DNA from: Candidatus Binatia bacterium | GTDB taxonomy: Bacteria > Desulfobacterota > Binatia > Bin18 | NCBI GenBank assembly: GCA_963664395.2 | Contig: OY761159.2 | Location: 736,001-800,000, forward strand | DNA: 64,000 nucleotides | Direction of reading: 5' to 3' | Part shown: positions 57,753 through 64,000 of the stretch, in pieces | Layout of the letters: the number at the start of each line of letters is the position of its first letter | How positions within the stretch are numbered: the stretch's first letter is position 1 | Notes under the pieces: model-generated | Database searches by the model: none | Told to the model about the DNA's origin: nothing | The model's input: only the letters and a program-made list of their open reading frames with translations | Translations under genes and position numbers: made by a program

Positions 57753-59933
57753 ATGAAACAGACAGCGAATATATCCCGTCGTTCGTTTTTGTTGCGCTCG
57801 GCTGCGGTCGGGGGCGGACTGATGTTGGAGGTGACGCTCCCGAAGTCTCGTGTGGCCGCGGCGGAACAGGCGAGTCCCGCGGACACCAGCCCTGAGGTGA
57901 CCGCCTGGGTCCTGATTCGGCCGGATGACACCATCGTCATCCGCGTTGCGCGGGTGGAAATGGGCCAAGGCAGTTTTACCGGTCTGCCCATGCTGGTTGC
58001 CGAAGAACTAGGCTGTGACTGGAGCAAAGTGCAGGCCGAGTATGCTTCAACGAGCGAACACCTGAGGCGCAATCGTATTTTTCGCACCATGCTCACCGGC
58101 GGCAGCCGGTCGATCCGTGACAGCCAGGAGTACTTACGCACGGCAGGGGCCGCGGCCCGCCTGATGCTCACCACCGCGGCCGCGCGGCGCTGGGGCGTGC
58201 CGGTCGCGGAATGTGTCGCTGCAAACAGCCTCATCACCCATACCCCAACCGAGCGACAGCTCAGCTTTGGAGCGGTAGCGGCTGAGGCGGCCGCGCTCGA
58301 CATCCCCGAAAATCCGCCGCTCAAAGACCCCGCGGACTGGACCATTTTGGGCCAACCGGCCGCCCGGTTTGACATCCCGGATAAGGTGACGGGCAAGACC
58401 GCCTTTGCCATTGATACCCGGCTGCCCGGCATGGTCTATGCCGCGATTGCCCAGTGCCCGGTGTTCGGCGGCAGCCTGAAAAGCGTAGACGCAAAAAAAA
58501 TTGCCGACATGCGTGGGGTGGTCAAGGTTGTGCGCCTGGAAGACGCGGTCGTCGTCGTTGCCAAAGAAAGCTGGTGGAACGCGCAGCAGGCTGTCCGCGC
58601 ATTACCGATTGAGTGGGATTTTGGGGAGCACGCGAACGTCAGCAGCGACAGCATCATGGAGTTTTTACGTGAGGGCATACAACTCGAAAAGGCGCCGGTC
58701 TCGCGCCATGAGGGCGATATCGACAGCGCGTTTGCCGGCGCGGCCACAACCATTGAAGCCGACTATTACGCCCCCTATCTTGAGCACGCCACCATGGAAC
58801 CCCAGAACTGCACGGCGCTGTATACGGAGCAGCGGGTGGATGTCTGGGCACCGGCCCAGAACAGCGAGGCCACCGCGGCCGTGACCGCTGAGACCGCGGA
58901 CGTGCCGGTGAGTCGGGTCGAGGTCCACAAAGTCCATCTGGGGGGGGGCTTTGGGCGGCGTGGGCTGTATATTGAGTTTGTGCGCCAGGCTGTCAGGATT
59001 GCCAAGACTATGCCCGGCACGCCGGTGCAATTGATCTGGTCCAGAGAAGAGGATATTCAGCACGGCCGCTATCGGCCGGTGGCTTTGGTCCGCATGAGAG
59101 CCGCGCTCAACGCCTCCGGGGAACCAACCGCCTGGTCCGTGCGCCAGGCCGAGCAGTCGATTTTCAGTGCAGTCCGCCCCCATCTGATTCGGGACGGGGT
59201 TGATATCGTCGGGGTGCGGACCTTTGTCGACGCGCCGTACGCCTTTCCAAACATGCATATGGAATACGCCATGCGCAACACCCACGTGCCGCCAGGGCCG
59301 TGGCGGGCGGTGGCGCATACTCATAATCCGTTCTTTCGGGAGAGCTTCATTGACGAGTTGGCCCACGCTGCCGGGCAGGACCCGTATCAGTTTCGACGCA
59401 CACTCTTGCAGGAACCCCAGGCGTCGAAGGACCTGGCCATTCTGGACGCGGTCGCCGAGGCTGCCGGATGGGATAGCCCGCTGCCGGAAGGCGTCCACCG
59501 TGGGATTGCCGTACAGGACGCCTACGGGAGCTATACTGCGGCGGTGATTGAAGCGTCAGTTAATGGTGAAGGTGAGTTGACTATCCAGCGCGTGGTTGTT
59601 GGTATTGATTGCGGCTATGTAGCCAACCCCGATTCGGTCCGGGCTCAGCTCGAAGGCAGCGTCGTCTACGGTCTGACCGCCGCGTTGTACGGGGAGATCA
59701 CCATTAAGGCGGGCCGGGTTGAACAGTCGAATTTCCATGACTACCAGATGATGCGGCTGGCCGAGATGCCCACGGTTGAGGTTGTCCTCAGGCCGACAGG
59801 CGGTTTTTGGGGCGGCGCGGGTGAGCCCGGCATGGCCCCGCTTGCGCCGGCGCTGTGTAATGCCATCTTTGCAGCAACCGGCAAACGTATTCGTTCGTTG
59901 CCGTTAAAGAACCATGATTTACGCCCGGCCTAA
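57753..59933 (+). CDS. Tat-exported molybdopterin large subunit (IorB-like)
   Basis: SRRSFL Tat motif; EMGQG..TGL, TGGSRS, H..MEP.NC, LGGGFGRR and GGAGEPG motifs. Confidence 0.92.
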   Translation: MKQTANISRRSFLLRSAAVGGGLMLEVTLPKSRVAAAEQASPADTSPEVTAWVLIRPDDTIVIRVARVEMGQGSFTGLPMLVAEELGCDWSKVQAEYASTSEHLRRNRIFRTMLTGGSRSIRDSQEYLRTAGAAARLMLTTAAARRWGVPVAECVAANSLITHTPTERQLSFGAVAAEAAALDIPENPPLKDPADWTILGQPAARFDIPDKVTGKTAFAIDTRLPGMVYAAIAQCPVFGGSLKSVDAKKIADMRGVVKVVRLEDAVVVVAKESWWNAQQAVRALPIEWDFGEHANVSSDSIMEFLREGIQLEKAPVSRHEGDIDSAFAGAATTIEADYYAPYLEHATMEPQNCTALYTEQRVDVWAPAQNSEATAAVTAETADVPVSRVEVHKVHLGGGFGRRGLYIEFVRQAVRIAKTMPGTPVQLIWSREEDIQHGRYRPVALVRMRAALNASGEPTAWSVRQAEQSIFSAVRPHLIRDGVDIVGVRTFVDAPYAFPNMHMEYAMRNTHVPPGPWRAVAHTHNPFFRESFIDELAHAAGQDPYQFRRTLLQEPQASKDLAILDAVAEAAGWDSPLPEGVHRGIAVQDAYGSYTAAVIEASVNGEGELTIQRVVVGIDCGYVANPDSVRAQLEGSVVYGLTAALYGEITIKAGRVEQSNFHDYQMMRLAEMPTVEVVLRPTGGFWGGAGEPGMAPLAPALCNAIFAATGKRIRSLPLKNHDLRPA

Positions 59934-60405
59934 TCGCCTGTCACGGCGGCGACTGCTCGTCGGCCTGCTCAGCTGCCTGGGCGGCCTGGGCTCTATGGTT
60001 GCGCCGCTCAGGAAGGCGCGCCCGGCAGACGCACTTCCCGAGAAACTCGCGCCGCTCATTCGCCAGGCAACCGGAGGGGTCATGCCCCAGGTCGGCCGTG
60101 TCACGCTCACGCTGCCAACCCTGGCCGAGAGCGGCAATTCCGTGCGGCTTCAGGTCCGGGTCGAGAGCCCGATGACGCCGGAAGCCCATGTAAAGCAGAT
60201 TCATATTTTTTCAGAAAAGAACCCCAGACCAGTTATTGCCCGCTTCTCGCTGGGGCCGCGCGCCGGACGGGCCGAAATACACACCCGGATTCGACTGGCC
60301 GGCACCCAGCAGGTTGTGGCGGTTGCGGTCATGAACGACGGTACGGCCTGGATGGCGAGCGCGGAAGTCGTTGTCACGGCCGCAGCCTGTGTTGAGGGAA
60401 GCTGA
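59914..60405 (+). CDS. SoxY-related sulfur carrier with an AAC(I/V)E arm
   Basis: SRRRLL Tat motif; P.LAESGNSV, KNP.P and TRIRLA..Q.V.AVA motifs. C-terminus is TAAACVEGS rather than GGCGG. Confidence 0.85.
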   Translation: MIYARPNRLSRRRLLVGLLSCLGGLGSMVAPLRKARPADALPEKLAPLIRQATGGVMPQVGRVTLTLPTLAESGNSVRLQVRVESPMTPEAHVKQIHIFSEKNPRPVIARFSLGPRAGRAEIHTRIRLAGTQQVVAVAVMNDGTAWMASAEVVVTAAACVEGS

Positions 60406-60421
60406 CGCGACTGGAATCGGG

Positions 60422-60745
60422 ATGGCCAAAGCGAGAATCAAAGTCCCTGAGGTTGTCACACGCGGAGCGGTCTTTGAGGTGCGTTTGCTCATCCGTCATC
60501 CCATGGAAACCGGCTTCCGGTATAACAACGTGGGACAGAAGATTCCCAAAAACATCGTGCATACCGTTCGGTGTGTGTATAACGGGGCGGAGGTTTTCCA
60601 TGCGGAGTTATTTCCCGGTATTGCTGCCAACCCGTATTTTTCGTTTTTCACCACAGCGGAAGTGTCGAGTGAGTTGGAGTGTGTGTGGACAGACGACACT
60701 GGGGTCACGACATCCGAGCGCGTCGCGCTCACGGTCAGCGAATGA
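60422..60745 (+). CDS. soxZ: Thiosulfate-oxidation carrier complex protein SoxZ
   Basis: LIRHPMETGFR, GIAANPY..F and W.DD.G motifs. Confidence 0.88.
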   Translation: MAKARIKVPEVVTRGAVFEVRLLIRHPMETGFRYNNVGQKIPKNIVHTVRCVYNGAEVFHAELFPGIAANPYFSFFTTAEVSSELECVWTDDTGVTTSERVALTVSE

Positions 60746-61047
60746 AACGTTTTGTTGTTCTGCTTGCCAGCCTGCTGGCGGTCCCGGCCCTCGCGAGCGC
60801 GGCCCCCATCACGGCAGGCGGCCCGGCATTGGCCCAGGCGTGTGCGGCCTGTCATGGTCCCGGCGGGCGTAGTCAGGGAGCAATTCCGTCACTCGATAGG
60901 CTGCCACCTGAGGATTTCAGGGCAGCCATGCAGGCGTTTCGGACCGAAGAACGTCGGGGGACTGTGATGAATTATATTGCCAGGGGGCTGAGTGAGGCGA
61001 GTATTGAGGCAGTGGCGGCGTATTTCGCAGGGGCGCAGGCACGTTGA
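60742..61047 (+). CDS. Monoheme c-type cytochrome (FccA/SoxE-like)
   Basis: Signal peptide, CAACH, IPSL and TVMN.IA.G motifs; ATGA overlap with soxZ. Confidence 0.85.
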   Translation: MKRFVVLLASLLAVPALASAAPITAGGPALAQACAACHGPGGRSQGAIPSLDRLPPEDFRAAMQAFRTEERRGTVMNYIARGLSEASIEAVAAYFAGAQAR

Positions 61048-61074
61048 AATGGGGACTTGTGTTCATATCCTTTT

Positions 61075-61172
61075 CCCCCTCGCCCCCTTGGGGGAGAGGG
61101 CTAGGGTGAGGGGGAATCTTCGTATCGAACAACGCCCCTCACCCCGCCCCTCTCCCTAGCCTGGGAGAGGGA
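61075..61172. repeat. Inverted REP doublet (CCCTC..GGGAGAGGG.TAGGGTGAGGG family)
   Basis: cccctcgcccccttgggggagagggctagggtgagggg plus an inverted partner cccctcaccccgcccctctccctagcctgggagaggga. Confidence 0.8.
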
Positions 61173-61182
61173 GCAAAAATAT

Positions 61183-62460
61183 ATGTCTCGGTATGTAACC
61201 CGCCGTCAATTCTTCAGCTTGGCCGGGAGTCTCTCTTTTGCCAGTGTGCTGACGCGCCGGGTGCGAGCGAATACACGCGCCAGGGTAGTCGTCGTTGGCG
61301 GTGGTTTTGGCGGGGCGACCTGCGCAAAGTATTTACGCCTGGCCGACCCCAGCCTTGAGGTCACGCTGGTGACACCGCAGCGTCAGTTTATCACCTGTCC
61401 ATTCAGCAACGCGGCCCTGGTCGGGCTTCGTCCGCTCACCTCGTTGACCCATACCTACCAACGGCTCCGGGAAGGCTATGGCGTGCAGATTATCCAGGCG
61501 CAGGCAGACCAACTCGATCCGACCACGCAGAGGATCACACTCAGTGATGGGTGTACTTTGGCCTATGACAAACTTGTTTTATCCCCTGGTGTTGAACTGC
61601 GCTGGGACGCGATAGCGGGCTACGATGCTGAAGCCTGTGCAGTGTTCCCGCACGCCTGGCAGGCCGGTTCACAAACGCGGCTGCTACGTCGCCAACTGGA
61701 ATCTATGGAAGACGGCGGGCTGGTGGTGATCAGCGCGCCGGAGACGCCCTACCGCTGTCCGCCGGGGCCGTACGAGCGGGCCAGTTTGATCGCCCACTAT
61801 CTCAAAACCCATAAGCCAAAATCAAAAGTCTTGCTGCTCGATGCCAAGGACAGCTTTACCAAGGACAAGCTGTTTCTAGCCGCGTGGGAGCGGCTGTATC
61901 CCGGCCTGCTCGAATGGGTGTCGGGCGCGCAGGGCGGGCGGGTCACCCAGGTCGATACACGGACCGGCATCGTTCGCACGGAGTTTGACGAGTATAAACC
62001 AGCCGTGGCCAATATCATTGCCCCACAGCGCGCGGCGGCGATTGCGCGGGCGGGCGGCATCGATGCCGGCACGGGCTGGTGCCCCGTATACGGCGGCACA
62101 TTCGAATCCCGCGTACACCCCAACATTCACATTATTGGCGACGCAGCGATCGCCAGCCCCATGCCCAAATCCGCCTTTAGCGCCAATAATCAGGCCAAGG
62201 TCTGCGCCGCGGCCATTGTGGCACTGCTCCGGGGCGAGCCGGTTGCACAGCCAGCGTTGATGAATACCTGTTACAGTCTGGTCGCGCCCGATTACGGCAT
62301 CTCTATTAGTGCTGTGTATTCCGTTGAAAACGACGCGATTCAGGTTGTTCCAGGGTCGAGCGGCACGAGCCCGCTTGACGCGCCGGAGACAACGCGCGCG
62401 CTCGAAGCAGCCTATGCGCGCTCGTGGTACGCCAATATTACCGCCGATACGTTTGGGTAA
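61183..62460 (+). CDS. fccB: Flavocytochrome c sulfide dehydrogenase flavoprotein (FccB/SoxF)
   Basis: TRRQFF Tat motif; VVVVGGGFGGAT.A, CPFSN, HAW.AG, YRCPPGPYERA, MPKSAFSAN.QAK and NTCYS motifs. Confidence 0.9.
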   Translation: MSRYVTRRQFFSLAGSLSFASVLTRRVRANTRARVVVVGGGFGGATCAKYLRLADPSLEVTLVTPQRQFITCPFSNAALVGLRPLTSLTHTYQRLREGYGVQIIQAQADQLDPTTQRITLSDGCTLAYDKLVLSPGVELRWDAIAGYDAEACAVFPHAWQAGSQTRLLRRQLESMEDGGLVVISAPETPYRCPPGPYERASLIAHYLKTHKPKSKVLLLDAKDSFTKDKLFLAAWERLYPGLLEWVSGAQGGRVTQVDTRTGIVRTEFDEYKPAVANIIAPQRAAAIARAGGIDAGTGWCPVYGGTFESRVHPNIHIIGDAAIASPMPKSAFSANNQAKVCAAAIVALLRGEPVAQPALMNTCYSLVAPDYGISISAVYSVENDAIQVVPGSSGTSPLDAPETTRALEAAYARSWYANITADTFG

Positions 62461-62473
62461 AGGCGACGCTACG

Positions 62474-63712
62474 ATGCACGGAAGCTATTGGAAAGCTCTT
62501 GTCATTCAGGTGTGGGTCGGACTTCTGGTGCTGAGCGATCTCTGCGCCCAGGGGAATCAGCAACTCGACGATTCGCAGACCCGGCATGAAGGGATTCCCA
62601 CCCCGTTGACCGACCAGCCCGGTGATGCGGAGCGGGGGCGGCATATTGTGCTCGACCGGGAGCGCGGCGATTGTGTGGTATGTCATGCCCTGCCACTGCC
62701 CGAACGTCGGTTCCACGGTACGGTGGGGCTGCCCTTGGACAACGTTGGGAGTCGCTATACCGCCGCGGAGTTGCGCCTGCGGCTGCTAGACCCCAAAGCG
62801 CCAAATCCCCACTCCATCATGCCGGCGTATCATACGGTGGAAGGTCGGCATTCCGTACTCGAAGCCTACCGGGGCAAGCCGATCCTCACCGCGCAGGAAA
62901 TCGAAGATGTTGTGGCTTATCTCTTGACCCTTCGTCAGGACGCTCCACAGGCTGCACAGGCTCTCCAAACTCCGAGCAGTTCGCAGCACGAGACTTCCCC
63001 ATACAGCGTCGAAGGCCGTCGCTCCGGCTATACCTATCTGTCGGAGGAACACAGACAGTTACAGGACGACGTGTTTGGCAATCCGGGGATGTTATGGGTC
63101 GAACGCGGTCGCGCGTTATGGGACCAGCCCCAGGGCGACCGCCAACAGGCCTGCGCCAGTTGTCATGGAGACGCGGCAACCAGCCTGCGCGGGGTGCGTA
63201 CCCGCTATCCGCAATTCGATCCACGCACAAAAAAACTCATCAATCTGGAGCAACGGATTAACCACTGCCGCACCGAGCAGCTCCGGGTCGAAGCCTACCC
63301 GTATGAATCCGAAGCCCTGTTGGCGCTCAGCACCTTTGTAAGTTTTCAGTCACGCGGGATGCCGCTTAGCGTAGATATCAAGGGACCGGCCGCACCGTTT
63401 TTCGAGGCGGGCAAAGCGTTCTTCATGCGCCGCCGCGGCCAACTCGACATGGCGTGTAGCCATTGCCATGATGAGTACGCCGGGCAACGCCTGCGGGGTG
63501 AGGTCGTCAGCCAGGGACAGACCAACGGTTTCCCTGTCTATCGGCTGAGCTGGCAAACGCTGGGATCAACGCACCGCATGTTTGCCCGGTGCAACACCGC
63601 AATCCGTGCCCAACCCCTGGCCTACGGGGCGGACGACTACGTGAATCTGGAATTGTATATGGCCTGGCGTGGTCGTGGCTTGCCGGTAGAAACACCGGGC
63701 GTGCGCCGGTAA
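62474..63712 (+). CDS. Single-chain SoxX-SoxA fusion cytochrome (three CxxCH motifs)
   Basis: SoxX part: GD.ERG, CVVCH, G.VG.PL..VGSR, SIMPAY. Q/S-rich linker. SoxA part: NPGMLWV..G, CASCH, LEQRIN.C, CSHCH, FPVYRL.W...C, LE.Y..WR..GL.VE.PGVR. Confidence 0.85.
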   Translation: MHGSYWKALVIQVWVGLLVLSDLCAQGNQQLDDSQTRHEGIPTPLTDQPGDAERGRHIVLDRERGDCVVCHALPLPERRFHGTVGLPLDNVGSRYTAAELRLRLLDPKAPNPHSIMPAYHTVEGRHSVLEAYRGKPILTAQEIEDVVAYLLTLRQDAPQAAQALQTPSSSQHETSPYSVEGRRSGYTYLSEEHRQLQDDVFGNPGMLWVERGRALWDQPQGDRQQACASCHGDAATSLRGVRTRYPQFDPRTKKLINLEQRINHCRTEQLRVEAYPYESEALLALSTFVSFQSRGMPLSVDIKGPAAPFFEAGKAFFMRRRGQLDMACSHCHDEYAGQRLRGEVVSQGQTNGFPVYRLSWQTLGSTHRMFARCNTAIRAQPLAYGADDYVNLELYMAWRGRGLPVETPGVRR

Positions 63713-63798
63713 AGGAAGGAACGGGGAAAGGTATTAAGCTTACCTAACCTACTGCGATAGAGCCATGACCCTTTATCTCTCGCTATCTCTATTCAGAG

Positions 63799-64000
63799 TT
63801 AGCCTTTTATGACTGCAAGTAGGATGATTCGCGTCGTTCGACAAAACCGTTCCAATAGAAGCGGTGAGAAACGACTGGACAGCAACATTTTCCCGGGTGT
63901 TATGGCGTTAACATTCGCCCCATAGTACTTGCGCACCACTTCATCGAACCTGCGTCTTGTCCCAGTATTACCGTGAGCGATGTGATTCCTCACTTTTCTC
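63799..64000 (-). CDS. HEPN-domain protein, C-terminal part (5' end outside the window)
   Basis: Frame is open to the window edge; RNHIAH matches the Rx4H HEPN motif; AT-richer sequence. Confidence 0.55.
   Translation of the reverse strand, partial: RKVRNHIAHGNTGTRRRFDEVVRKYYGANVNAITPGKMLLSSRFSPLLLERFCRTTRIILLAVIKG

Noticed and set aside
59914-63712. Canonical Sox thiosulfate-oxidation pathway
   Set aside because: No soxB or soxCD in the cluster, SoxY lacks GGCGG, and the SoxA active-site Arg appears substituted.
1-64000. CRISPR array, tRNA or rRNA genes
   Set aside because: No regularly spaced repeat-spacer series and no cloverleaf or rRNA signature recognised in any intergenic region (by eye only).

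Overview
A GC-rich bacterial chromosome segment made mostly of catabolic and redox genes: a tungsten aldehyde oxidoreductase (AOR) operon, four intact and one broken LLM/F420-type oxidoreductases, several amidohydrolases, two TfdA/TauD dioxygenases, hydantoinase A/B, a copper amine oxidase and two xanthine-oxidase-family molybdoenzymes. The gene content and a giant cadherin/Calx-beta surface protein suggest a marine, possibly sponge-associated, Binatia-like organism (inference only). Accessory patches are: (1) an exonuclease-RecQ-UvrD fusion followed by two PIN-type toxin-antitoxin (TA) pairs, bracketed by a duplicated gene end; (2) a lower-GC islet with HigBA, a CARF-like remnant and an ABC-ATPase plus PD-(D/E)xK pair; (3) a ~990 bp transposase-less cassette with IS1595-like inverted ends; (4) a partial HEPN gene at the right edge. 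Two systems stand out. The first is a reprolysin (M12B) metalloprotease-adhesin whose cysteine-switch pro-domain is encoded as a separate, translationally coupled gene with its own signal peptide. The second is a periplasmic Mo-hydroxylase fused into a SoxB-less Sox-like operon with an AAC-arm SoxY and a single-chain SoxX-SoxA. No rRNA, tRNA or CRISPR array was recognised. All calls come from reading motifs; no database searches were run.
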